Positions 51,859 to 64,000 of a DNA stretch of 64,000 nucleotides are shown piece by piece. Position 1 is the stretch's first letter, and the number at the start of each line of letters is the position of its first letter. The notes beneath the pieces were generated by a model. It was not told the origin of the DNA. It saw only the letters and a program-made list of their open reading frames with translations, and ran no database searches. Location: NCBI GenBank assembly GCA_951406725.2, contig OX597824.1, positions 90,210,001-90,274,000 of the forward strand. The letters run 5' to 3'. The translations under genes and the position numbers were made by a program. Origin of the DNA: Octopus vulgaris. Taxonomy: Eukaryota.

Positions 51859-52166
51859 TGGAGGCACATGGCCTAGTGCTAAGAGCAGCGGACTCGCAGT
51901 CGAGGGATCGTGGGTTCGAATCTCAGACCAGGTGATGTGTGTGTTTATGAGCGAAACACCTAAGCTCCACGTGGCTCCGGCAGAAGGTAATAGCAAACTT
52001 CTGCTGACTCTTTATCCACAACTTTCTCTCACTATTTCCTCCTGCATCTTGCAGCTACCCTGCGACGGACCGGTGTCCCGTCCAGGTGGGGAAACCTATG
52101 CGCCAAGGAAACCGGGAAACTGGCCCTTATGAGCCAGGCGTAGCTTGAGAAGGAACAAACAACAAA
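51859..52166 (+). mobile_element. SINE family D inserted in a family C copy
   Basis: Closely similar to 30745 copy; TSD ctatggctggatg (51846-51858, 52167-52179). Confidence 0.9.
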
Positions 52167-52399
52167 CTATGGCTGGATGCCTTTCCTAATGCCGATGACT
52201 TTACATTGTGTACTGAGTGCTTTTATGTGGGCCCACATGAGCCCTTCTATGTGGCACTGGCACAAGTGCTTTCCACATGCACCAACACGAGACTCTTGCA
52301 GACCAATCATCTTTACTGGGTGGCAATGTGGGGAGGAGGACAGCCTTATCATCATCTGCTGTGGTGTGCAGGTCTAATAGAGTACATTAAGGCACCAGG

Positions 52400-55300
52400 C
52401 ACCCTGGTCTTTTGTCATCTTGTCTGAAAGGTTTTAGTATCCTGAGGTTGTCCTTCAGTACTTTGTCCCATGTCTTCCTGGGTCTCCCCTATTTTGAGAG
52501 ATCAGCACATCATTATGGAGCTGTCAGCATCCCTCCACATCACATGACCAAACCAGTGCAGTCTTCTCTCTTGCACACTGCATCTAATTCCTCTGATGCC
52601 TCACTTCTCACTCAAACATGTACCCTTACATTATTGCATTCGATGGAACATACTAGCCTCATTCCTCTCTAATCTTTGCACATCATCTGCGTTCATGGCC
52701 CATGTCTCACTACCATGTAGCATTGCTGTTAATATACCATGCATCATTTAATGTCCAGTCTGAGAGTGTAGTGGGTGCCTTTTATCTGTCATCAGCACCG
52801 GTGCTTTTACGAGTCACTGGCAACAACTACAATTTCACTTGGTTTGACGAGTCTTCCCAAGCGCCGCAAATTGCCAAAGTTCATGGTCACTTGCCATTCC
52901 CGCCGTGAGACCTGACATTCAAAGATCATGTTTCGTCACCTCATCTCATGTCTTCCTGGGTCTACCGCTACCCCAGTTTCCCTCCACAGAAATTGGCTCT
53001 TTGTTACACAGCTGTCCTCGTCCATACACATCGCATAACCATACCGGTGCATTCGTCTCTCTTGCACACCACATCTTCTGCCTCTTATGCCCAAAATTTT
53101 CTCTCAAGACACACTCTGTCTTACATGCACACTGACATTGCACATCCAGTGGAGTATACTGTATTTTTTTCTGTCAAGCCATCACATGACCTCTGCAGTC
53201 ACAGCTCATGTTTCACTGCCATGTAGCATGGTTGTTTGCACACAGGCATCATACAATCTGCCTTTCACTCTGAGGGAGAGATCCTATTTGTTGTCATCAA
53301 AGATAGGAGCTCTCTCAACTTTGCTCAGCCTATTCTAGCAGCTATGCTCTCAGAGCATTCATCTCCACTGCTGAATTGGTCACCTGGGTAACGAATGCTA
53401 TCAACTACTTCTAGGTATTGCCTTGGCATTTGATGGAGTCTGTTTTCTGTATATTTCTAGTGTTTATTGTACCTATGCATCTGCCACACACAAAGACTAT
53501 TTTCCCTGTTAACCTTCTTTTGATATTACTGCACATCTTATGTATCCATAGCTTCCACCAGGTACACCTTATGGGGTCTCTACCTACACTTTTTCTATAT
53601 GTCAAGCAGGGCCATCTACCCTGAAGGGATTTGTGATTTGACTGCTTTCCTACTAAGACTTTGGTTTTTGCTAAATTAACTCTAAGGCCTTTTGATTCTA
53701 GACTTTGCTTCCACTCCTGAAATTTTTGTCTCCAGTTCTGGTAGCGATTCATCATAAAGGAGCTCCCAGGGGCAGCCCAACTTAAAATTCCTCTGTTATT
53801 GCCTGAAGGACTATGATGCACAAAAGGGGGTTAAGGACTGGCCCTTGATGAACTGAATTCATTACTATTCTTGTTGCCAACCCTTACCTTATGAACAGCA
53901 TCCCTGTACATGGCTTGTACACCTCTCACCAGCCACTCTTCTATCCCTATTTCCATAGTGACCTCCAGATAAGGGAGCAGGTGACTCTATCGAAGGCTTT
54001 CTCTGTGTCAACAAAAGCCAAGTACAGGGGTTTATTTTTGGCTATGTATTTCACCTGCAGCTGCCTTACCAGAAATATAGCATCAGTGATGCCTCTCCCT
54101 GGCACAAAACTAAACTGCATTTCATCTAGACTAACTCCCTCCCTAATTAGTTGGGCTATGACCCTCTCCTTAACTTTCATCACCTGATCCAACAATTTGA
54201 TACCTCTGTAATTATTTCTATCTAACTTTGTAGCAGTTGACTATGGTACAATTACACAAGTCATTGGGCATGACTCCTTTGTGTACAATCTGATTAACTA
54301 TACAGGTGACTATACCATAACCCATTCTGCCATTTTCAGCATATCAGTGGTTATTCTTGGTGGGCCGGGGGCTTTCTCCATCTTCATATCCTTCATGGCT
54401 TTGTCTACCTCACGACTGTCTATTCGGATTGCTGGTCTTTCTCTTGGATCCACTTTAGGCAGGCTCTCCTTCTGCCCTGAGTTCTCTACATTTAGCAGCC
54501 TTTTGTAGTGGCACTTGCAAGACTCTTTCTTTGCAGAGTCACCAACTGCAAGTGCACCATCATCCATGCGAATGCATTTCTCTCCAACATCACAATTTTC
54601 CCTGGCACATCATCATCATCATCATTTAACGTCCGCTTTCCATGCTAGCATGGGTTGGACGGTTCAACTGGGGTCCGGGAAGCCAGAAGGCTGCATCAGG
54701 CCCAGTCTGATCTGGCAGTGTTTCTACAGCTGGATGCCCTTCCTAACGCCAACCACTCCGTGAGTGTAGTGGGTGCTTTTTACGTGCCAGACGGGGCTGG
54801 CAGACGGCCACGATCGGATGGTGCTTTTTACGTGCCACCGGCACGGGGACCATACAAAGCTGGCAACGGCCACGGTCGGATGGTGCTTTTTACATGCCAC
54901 TGGCACGCAGGCCAGTCAGGCGGCGCTGGCTACGGCCACGTTTGGATGGTTCTCTTACGTGCCACCGGCACTGGTATCACAGCTACAAATTCCATTGATG
55001 TTGATAGATTACGATTTTGATTTTGATCTTCACTGTTTTGCAAACCGAAACACTTCAAGCTGCTAGTCCTCACGCTACAGAACATTGGCAAACTTCTTCC
55101 TTTCTGCTTCCCATGTGGCTGAGTATACCTGTTCCTAGCTTCCCTTCTTGCTACTACCACTCTTCCAGTACTGCTTCTTTACTCTAATGGCCTTGTCAAC
55201 TACACTGTTACTGTTCCACCACCATGTCACCCTAGGCCTGGTTGGGACTTTGTACCAGCCTCATATTTGGTTTGTGGTTCTCAGTAAGTTGTCTTGTAGG

Positions 55301-55795
55301 AACTTCCAGTTATCCCCTATCTTACATTTTTGTAATTCTTCCTCTTTCTCCTTAAATTCTTCAGTTAGGACATCTCTAAATCTCTGCCTATTCAGAGGAT
55401 TCTTCAGCTCTCAGGTCCTCCTTTTCCAAACTGGCTTCTTAGAATCCTTCTTACCTGAAGTCTGAAATCATTGATGACTAATCTATGCTGAGAGGTACAT
55501 TCTTCACCAGGGAACGTCTTTGCATTTATGAGCAACCATGAATCACGAATCTCACTTTCTCGTGAGAACGTGGTCAATCTGGTTTGCGTGGTCACTGGAT
55601 TTATAGGTTATCAGGTGACTGGCTAGTTTACTGATGTTGGTATTGCAGATTAAGTCAGTCACATCACAGAACTTCAGCAGCCTTGTTCCTTCCTCATTTT
55701 GGGAACCAATTCCATGGCCCCCTGTACACTATGGAGGACACCTAGGAGCCGTTTGACATGTCCATTGAAATCACCAGCCACGAAGATAAGGTCTC
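52400..55795 (-). mobile_element. Degraded RTE-clade LINE (endonuclease C-terminus, RT, Cys-rich insert) in RTF1 intron 1
   Basis: Fragments ECTSQHRLVINDF, KAPGP, EMQFSFVPGRGITDAIFLVRQLQ..YLAFVDTEKAFDRV, LESKGLRVNLAKTKVL, GRPRKT; many stops and frameshifts. Confidence 0.9.
54608..55025 (-). mobile_element. SINE family C inserted in the LINE
   Basis: Consensus match with internal tandem units. Confidence 0.85.
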
Positions 55796-55957
55796 TGTAA
55801 TTGTTTTAGCAGTTTGGCAAAAGTGAGCGCTAGATTAAGTACTAAGCTTACAAAGAATAAGTTCTGGGGGTTGATTTGTTCGACTAAAGGCAGTGCCCCA
55901 GCATGGCCACAGTCAACTGACTGAAACAAGTAAAAGAAAGAATAAAAGAATATATAA

Positions 55958-56116
55958 GGAGTGGCTGTGTGGTAAGTACCTAGTCTACCAACCACATGGT
56001 TCCAGGTTCAGTCCCACCGCGTGGCATCTTGGGCAAGTGTCTTCTACTATAGTCTCGGGCCGACCAAAGCCTTGTGAGTGGATTTGGTAGACGGAAACTG
56101 AAAGAAGCCTGTCGTA

Positions 56117-56147
<31 letters not shown>

Positions 56148-56347
56148 GCGTGTGTGTGTTTGTCCCCCTAGCATTGCTTGACAACCGATGCTGGTGTGTT
56201 TATGTCCCCGTTACTTAGCGGTTCGGCGAAAGAGACCGATAGAATAATACTGGGCTTACAAAAGAATAAGTCCCGGGGTCGAGTTGCTCGATTAAAGGCG
56301 GTGCTCCAGCATGGCCGCAGTCAAATGACTGAAATAAGTAAAAGAGT
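55958..56347 (+). mobile_element. SINE family A
   Basis: Consensus match; preceded by another family A tail (55795-55950). Confidence 0.85.
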
Positions 56348-56798
56348 ATATATATATATATATATATACGTAATTAGGATAAAATCATTATTTAATGATT
56401 TATCAGTGGTTAGCATACTAAAAATACCATAATGGTTAATTTACATAAAAATTATAATAAGGGTATTGAATGATTACAACACCAGTCTGCTAGAAATAGG
56501 TCCCAAATGGTCTAGGAACCACTTAGATTATTACTCCACCACACAAGGTTGTAATGTAAATTTTTCCTTTATTTACGTTCAGTATGTCACCACTGATGAT
56601 CAGAAAGGCTTCTTAATAACCCAAGCCATGAAATCTATAGATTTAGGATTATCCAAATTTATTTAATAAACTGTCACTGTCTATTTTCCTCGTTTACAAC
56701 CTCGTGTAGTGGAGTAATAATCTAAGTGGTTCATAGACCATTTGGGGTCTATTTCTAGCAGACTGGTGTTGTAATCATTCAGCACCCTTATATATAAT

Positions 56799-56869
<71 letters not shown>

Positions 56870-57226
56870 GACATGGACAAGAACATGAAACACCAAAGAG
56901 ATGACACAAGAACCACAGGACGGGACATTCGAAGCCCTCAGTCATCAGTCAAGAACCAGATCATCTTCGCAATTTCGGCTGATTAATCTTGAGATTGCTC
57001 CGATCTGGGCAGCCCCCAAGGGAAATCTAAGCCAAGCACATTAGATCCCTTGGAAGAAAGATTCGAATGTATACAACACGAGGACGGAAAACGAATGAAG
57101 TACACGAATAAAAATAGAGAATACGTGACAACAATAAGGAAAGCACGAATAAGAATACAAAAACGTAAAAACAATAACGGTTAAGATAAAAAAACAAAAC
57201 AAAACCAATATATATATATATATATA

Positions 57227-57385
57227 GGCGTTGGAATGGCTATGCGGTAAGTAGCTTGCTTACAAACCATATGGTTCCGGGTTCAGTCCCACTGCGTGGC
57301 ACCTTGGGCAAGTGTCTTCTGCTATAGCCTCGGGCCGACCAAAGCCTTATGAGTGGATTTGATAGACGGAAACTGAAAGAAGCCC

Positions 57386-57429
<44 letters not shown>

Positions 57430-57645
57430 GTTTGTGTGTCTGTGTTTGTCCCTCCAACATCGCTTGACAACCGATGCTGGTGTGTTTACGTCCCTGTAAC
57501 TTAGTGGTTTGGCAAAAGAGACCGATAGAATAAGTACTAGGCTTCCAAAGAATAAGTCCTGGGGTCAATTTTCTCGACTGAAGGCGGTGCTCCAGCATGG
57601 CCGCAGTCAAATGACTGAAAGAAGTAAAAGAAAAGAATAAAGAAT
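57227..57645 (+). mobile_element. SINE family A
   Basis: Consensus match. Confidence 0.85.
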
Positions 57646-57931
57646 TTATATATACACACACACACACATACATACATACACATATATACGAAATTAGGAT
57701 AAAATCATTATTTAATGATTTATCAGTGGCGAGTATACTAAAAATATCATAATAGTTAATTTATATTAAAATTATAATAAGGGTGCTAAATGATTACAAC
57801 ACCTGTCTGCTAGAAATAGGTCCCAAATGGTCTAGGAAGTAACAATGGTCTATAGAGTAATAATCTAAGTGGTTCATAGACCATTTGGGGTCTGTTTCTA
57901 GCAGACTGCTGTTGTAATCATTCAATACCCT

Positions 57932-58328
57932 TACTCTTTACTCTTTTACTTATTTCAGTCATTTGACTGCGGCCATGCTGGAGCACCACCTTTAGTCGAG
58001 CAACTCGACCCCGGGACTTATTCTTTGTAAGCCCAGTACTTATTCTATCGGTCTCTTTTGCCGAACCGCTAAGGAACGGGGACATAAACACACCAGCATC
58101 GGTTGTCAAGCAATGGTAGGGGGACAAACACACACACAGATATATATATATATATATACATATATACGACGGGCTTCTTTCAGTTTCCGTCTACCAAATC
58201 CACTCACAAGGCATTGGTCGGCCTGGGGCTATAGCAGAAGACACTTGCCCAAGATGCCACGCAGTGGGACTGAACCCAGAACCATGTGGTTGGTTAGCAA
58301 GCTACTTACCACACAGCCACTCCTTCGC
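57932..58328 (-). mobile_element. SINE family A
   Basis: Consensus match. Confidence 0.85.
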
Positions 58329-58329
58329 C

Positions 58330-58605
58330 TATCATCATCATTATCGTTTAACGTCTGTTTTCCATGCTGGCATGGGTTGGACGGTTCGACTGGGACCTGG
58401 AAAGCCAGGTGACTGTATCAGGCACCAGTCTGATCTGGCAGTATTTCTACAGCTGGATGCCCTTCCTAACGCCAACCACTCTGATAGTGTAGTGGGTGCT
58501 ATTTATGTGCCACCGGCACAGGGGCCAGAAGGGGCTGGCATCAACCATGATCAGATGGTGCTTCTTACATGCCACCGGCACGGGACCACAACTACAATTT
58601 CCATT
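58330..58605 (-). mobile_element. SINE family C
   Basis: Consensus match. Confidence 0.8.
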
Positions 58606-59606
58606 TGATTATGATTTGATTTCATTTTGATGTTGATGTACTTGGTCTCCTCTTGGTCTCCTCAAGCATGACATGTCACCCTACGATCCAAGGGTACTTT
58701 TTGAGTCGGCTGGTTATGCATCACAGGTGTAGGTTACAGCTCTGATCTCACTTTATTTGCTGGGTCTTCTCTAATGGGGTCATTAGGTTAAGTTTTATTT
58801 GTGAAATACAGTTGCTTTGAATTTGCTTCAGAAATGGGTCTATGTTTGTGATGGTTATTTGGGGATGAGGGAACTAGGAATGTGGTCTGGGTGTCAAGGG
58901 GGAAGCAGCCCCCAAAAGTTTGGGAACTACTGATTTAGTCAAACAAATCAGTCCCTTATTCTTTTAAAATCTGGTACTTATTCCATCAGTCTGTTCTTTA
59001 CTCAACTGCAAAGTTATGGTGGATGTAAACAAACCAACACCAGTTGTCAAGTGGTGGTGGGTGACAAACACAAAGACACACTTACGATGGGCTTCCATTC
59101 AATATCTGTCTACCAAATACACTCAAGGCATTAACTGGTCTGGGGGCTTTAGTAAGCTCACTTTGCAACCATGTGACTTCAGGTCCAATCTGGAGATTTG
59201 GCTGTTATTTCTAGCAAGCTAAACGACCATGAGACTTCCTTGTTAACTCTGAGATATTTCCTCTTCCTTTCTTTCTTTTTATCTTTATGACTGTTTATTG
59301 CTGTTGTTATTTATCCAAGTTCAGCCCTCACAAAGCAAATTTACATTCAAAGGTGTTTCATCTGTGGCCATTCACTGTTCACAAGGACCATATTATTTAG
59401 ATATAACTGGCCCTGCATCGGTTATGATGACAGGGGTTCCAGTTGACCTGACCAATGCAATAGCCTGCTTTTGAAGTTAATGTGTAAGTGACTGAGCGCT
59501 CCACAGACCCTTAACGTAGTTCTCAGGGAGATTCAGCGTGACATGGAATTTGTCAAGGCTGGCCTTTGAAATACTACACATTTTTTGCCAGCTGAGTTGA
59601 CTAGAG

Positions 59607-59825
59607 CAGTGCTTTTCAAACTTTTTGCTGGAGCGGAACCCCAAGGAAACATTCCACTGGCTCGAGGAACCCCTGTGCAATAATTTAATAGTCTTATGCA
59701 CACATATCTGCACAGGAGAATTAAAAATTACTGCCGATTTTAGCAGTTTTGTAACTTCTTGCGGAACTTCTGAACTGTACTGGCGGAACCCTAAGGTTCC
59801 GCGGAATCCTGGTTGAAAACCACTT
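59607..59825. mobile_element. hAT (Charlie-like) MITE
   Basis: TIR cagtgcttttcaaac / gttgaaaaccact; 8-bp TSD gactagag (59599-59606, 59826-59833). Confidence 0.8.
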
Positions 59826-59842
59826 GACTAGAGCAACATGAA

Positions 59843-60951
59843 TTAACCCTTTCGTTACCAACCCAGCTCTATTGCACAAATGTCTTGTTTCCATAAGTTT
59901 TGAATTAAAATCTTCCACCAAACCTTAGTCACAATTTATGTTCGTAACACTAGCTTAACCCTTTCGTTACCAACCTGGCTGAAACCGCCTCTGGCTCTGT
60001 AGTACAAATATCTTGTTTTCATAAGTTTTGAATTAAAATCTTCCACCAAACCTTAGTCGCAATTTATGTTCCTAACACTAGCTTAACCCTTTCGTTACCA
60101 ACCTGGCTGAAACCACCTCTGGCTCTGTAGTACAAATGTCTTGTTTCCGTAAGTTTTGAATTAAAATCTTCCATCAAACCTTAGTCACAATTTATGTTCG
60201 TAACACTAGCTTAACCCTTTCGTTACCAACCTGGCTGAAACCGCCTCTGGCTCTGTAGTACAAATATCTTGTTTTCATAAGTTTTGAATTAAAATCTTCC
60301 ACCAAACCTTAGTCGCAATTTATGTTCCTAACACTAGCTTAACCCTTTCGTTACCAACCTGGCTGAAACCACCTCTGGCTCTGTAGTACAAATGTCTTGT
60401 TTCCGTAAGTTTTGAATTAAAATCTTCCATCAAACCTTAGTCACAATTTATGTTCCTAACACTAGCTTAACCCTTTCGTTACCAACCTGGCTGAAACCAC
60501 CTCTGGCTCTGTAGTACAAATGTCTTGTTTCCGTAAGTTTTGAATTAAAATCTTCCATCAAACCTTAGTCACAATTTATGTTCGTAACACTAGCTTAACC
60601 CTTTCGTTACCAACCTGGCTGAAACCGCCTCTGGCTCTGTAGTACAAATATCTTGTTTTCATAAGTTTTGAATTAAAATCTTCCACCAAACCTTAGTCGC
60701 AATTTATGTTCCTAACACTAGCTTAACCCTTTCGTTACCAACCTGGCTGAAACCACCTCTGGCTCTGTAGTACAAATGTCTTGTTTCCGTAAGTTTTGAA
60801 TTAAAATCTTCCACCAAACCTTAGTCACAATTTATGTTCCTAACACTAGCTGAATGATAACTAAGTTAATTTGATAAATTCTTTGTTATATTTAAAGTAA
60901 TTGAAAGGAACCCAGACCATCTCAAAATAGATACAGTAACGAAAGGGTTAA
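59843..60951. repeat. piggyBac-like MITE expanded into a 128-bp tandem array (8 units)
   Basis: TTAA-ccctttcgttac unit starts at 59843, 59955, 60083, 60211, 60339, 60467, 60595 and 60723; single right end gtaacgaaaggg-TTAA at 60936-60951; solo partial copy at ~61092. Confidence 0.9.
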
Positions 60952-61927
60952 GAAGGAAAATAATCAGCAGAAGACATAAGAGGAGACCTTAGTGTGGTCA
61001 TTCTATATGCTAGAAATAATAGCCTAAATTTCCTTCAATCCACACCTTCCAATTACTTCTAATGTGCATCTGCCCAAATGTAGAGGTGTGTTTAACCCTT
61101 TCGATACCAACCCAGCTGAAACTGCCTGTGGCTCTGTAGAACAAATGTCTTTTCATAAGTTTTGCATTAAAATCTTCCGCCAAACCTTAGTCACAATTTA
61201 TGTTCCTAACTTAATGATAACTCAGTTATTTTACTAAATTCTTTGTTATATTTAAAATTAATTGAAAGAAACACTGAGCATCTCCCTCTGGTACTGTCAA
61301 CAGCCACGTCAGCAATTTTGATTTTGATTTCACTTGCCTATATATATATGTGTGTGTATATATATATATATCTATATAATCATAATATTAGGGAGTAAAT
61401 CCAAACTTACAGGGAAAAATTAGATTTAGGATTAAATCTAATTTCACAGTGTAAATAAAAATTAAATTATTAAAGTATTAATTTATTATTTTTTATTTAT
61501 AACTTAACAAAAAAAATTATATAAATATAAATTAATTTTAATTTTAAATTTAAATAATTTAAATTTTTTAATTTTATATTTTATATATTTTGTATATTAT
61601 ATTAATTATTTTTATGTTTTGGTTTATGTTTTTCATTGTTTGATTTGCCTAATAGTGGTTTTATTTCTAATTTAATTTTTATATATATATATATCATATA
61701 ATTAAGGGCTAAAGAGGGTTATTCTAAAGCCAATACACTGATTTATCCACTTATAATCCACTTGTTACAGGAAAATATATACATATATATATATATGCAA
61801 TAAAGGGTGGAATATAATTAATTTAATAAAATTAATCAATTTCACCTAGTAGATTTATCGGTATGGAAAAGACCATATTTGGTAAGGGTTATAATAATTA
61901 TAATTAAGGGTTATTAACCCTTAATTA

Positions 61928-61977
<50 letters not shown>

Positions 61978-62029
61978 ATGTTTATAGCTATTTGATTGAT
62001 ATTAATATTTTGTATTTTCTTGGTTGCAG

Positions 62030-62146
62030 CAACTGAAGCTGTTGGGGAAACGGAAGAGAACAGATTCAGAAGCATCAGCTCCTGCTGCCCCCCCAGCTGG
62101 GGGTGAAGACAACGAATCCTCAGCAACGTCAGAGAGTGATGATGAG
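62030..62146 (+). CDS. RTF1: RTF1 coding exon 2
   Basis: ttgcag| QLKLLGKRKRTDSEASAPAAPPAGGEDNESSATSESDDE |gtgagg; phase 0/0; compare human LLSLAKRKRSDSE...SDSDDE. Confidence 0.85.
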
Positions 62147-62274
62147 GTGAGGGGGCTTCTTTTTTTCATTCTCTTTTCTTTCTCAAATTCTTCTTCTCCT
62201 GTGCAGCAGCAAATGATGTGATGATTAGCCTATGTTAGCACTGGCCAGGTCAGTGGTTCTATGGTTTTCACTCT

Positions 62275-62427
62275 GTTAAGTGGTTGGCGTTAGGAAGGGC
62301 ACCCAGTTGCAGAAACCTATGGATCAGATTGGAGCCTGGTGCAGGCTGCTGGCTCTCCAGACTTCAGTTCAAACGTCCAACCCATGCCAGCATGGAAAAC
62401 GGACGTTAAACGATGATGATGATGATG
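62275..62427 (+). mobile_element. SINE family C 3' part
   Basis: Consensus match with (GAT)n tail. Confidence 0.8.
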
Positions 62428-62641
62428 TATACTTTGTGGGTTAAGAAGGCTACCAATGGTTTCATGTTAGGCGGGGATCTCTTCACAATTTTCAAACCTG
62501 TCACATGGGAACGTTGAGACTCGTCTCCATTTTAGAAACAATCCCTCTTTGCATGAAACCATTGGTAGTCTTGTTAAATCCCAAATAAAGAATATTTATC
62601 CACCAATGCAGTGTTGAGCACTCATTCTCACTGATATTAGC

Positions 62642-62677
<36 letters not shown>

Positions 62678-62905
62678 CAATGAATAGTATCTCATGAAAC
62701 TGTGGTATGCTTGAATCTCTCTAATAATCTCATAATAATAACTTTTATTCCTACCTCAGTTCATCTAATTGTATATATCTATTGTTACCTTTCATAAAAA
62801 GCCTTTTCTTTTTTTATCTACAATGTGCATTTTCGTTGATTTTTCCTACTTTTCCCTTACATTACCACATGTAGTTTCCATTTTCTTTTTATAACATATT
62901 TCTAT

Positions 62906-62939
<34 letters not shown>

Positions 62940-63752
62940 TCATCATTTCATTTAACATCTGTTGTCCATGCTGTCATGGATTAGATGATGTAACCAGAGC
63001 TGGCAAGCAGGTGGGGGGTAGCTGCACCAGACTCCAGTCTGATTTGGCATGGTTTCTATGGTTGAATGCCCTTCCTAATGCCAATCACTTTACAGTGTGT
63101 GCTGGACGCTTTTACATGGTGCTGCACACACACACACACATATACCGTAGTGAGCACATAGATGTGAAACAAGGCAGGAATATATATATCTACTTATAAA
63201 AGCCGAAATACTCATCATTGACCCTAGATTGCAAAATCTTTAGAAAAACATTCTTTGAAGTTTTGAATTTAGTAGACTATTTAAATTTTTTTTTGTAAAT
63301 ATTTTTTTCAGAAATCTGTGTTTTTAGACACATGCAATTTTATTCTGCAATATATTGTACACAGATTCAATTTTTTTTCATTCCTTCAATTTCTGTTTAA
63401 ATGCAGTCTTAATCCTAAACCCTTAGCCTTAGTTCTAACAAGAAACTCTAACTTCAAATTTTAACCCTAATTCTAATCTTAATCCCTAAATTCTAAACCC
63501 CAACACTAAGTTAGTTCCTAAAACCTAAATCCTAATATTGACCCTCATCCAATGCATCTTTCTTTAACTTTTCACTGGTCCTGCCAATCTACCCCTATAC
63601 TAAAAATTATATCGCCCACAGTTGTCCATCATTGCAGTTGTTAAGATCAGTCTATCAATAAAACTAGGTAATTTTTAGGGAATATTGAGTATTTATTCTA
63701 AAACTGGTGTTTTCATGTTGATTAATCATCTTCCATTATTCTTCGGTGCCAG

Positions 63753-63885
63753 TGGACAATGGATGGCAAAAGTAGTGCTGGTAAGAAGAAAACTAAAGCT
63801 GCCAAGAAGAATAACCGAAAGTCTGTTGCCATATCATCAGAAAGTGAAGACCCAAGTGAGAAGAGTGCCTCTGAGCCAGAAGAAG
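63753..63885 (+). CDS. RTF1: RTF1 coding exon 3 (gene continues beyond window)
   Basis: gccag| WTMDGKSSAGKKKTKAAKKNNRKSVAISSESEDPSEKSASEPEE-G |gtcagt; splicing gives the DDEWT and PEEG motifs of RTF1. Confidence 0.85.
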
Positions 63886-64000
63886 GTCAGTTCCTGGTTT
63901 CTCTGTAATTCTTGGAATTGGTATTGATGTTATTGTTGAAGTTAACTCTGAGGAATTGTTTGTGTTCTTTTATTTAGTAAACCTAAAAATACCATAATGG

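Noticed and set aside
56925-57010. Additional hammerhead on the minus strand (ctgatgac...gaa; cagccgaaa)
   Set aside because: Could not build consistent stems I-III.
63685-63927. 80-aa ORF in the track
   Set aside because: Wrong frame; the RTF1 exon within it (63753-63885) is read in another frame.

Overview
AT-rich, microsatellite- and transposon-dense animal DNA. The SINE families, (TA)n/(CATA)n load and TTAGGG repeats suggest an octopus (coleoid cephalopod), which is an inference from memory and not a database match. Two protein-coding genes are supported. (1) An intronless 549-aa argininosuccinate-lyase (ASL/delta-crystallin-family) homologue at 25701-27350. It has gained a hydrophobic N-terminal signal/anchor and a sequon-rich stalk and has lost the catalytic His and the GSSxMPxKxN loop, so it looks like a secreted or membrane-bound ASL pseudoenzyme. 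(2) The first three coding exons of RTF1 (Paf1 complex) at 49781-63885, continuing past the window. The rest is mostly mobile DNA: four SINE families, an RTE-clade LINE, mariner/maT remnants, hAT/Merlin/piggyBac-like MITEs and a Helitron. It also includes a head-to-head element joining a tRNA-like Pol III head to a Penelope-type minimal hammerhead ribozyme, and a piggyBac-MITE-derived 128-bp satellite. Most short ORFs in the track are artefacts of SINEs and microsatellites. Repeat boundaries are approximate unless a TSD or TIR is quoted.
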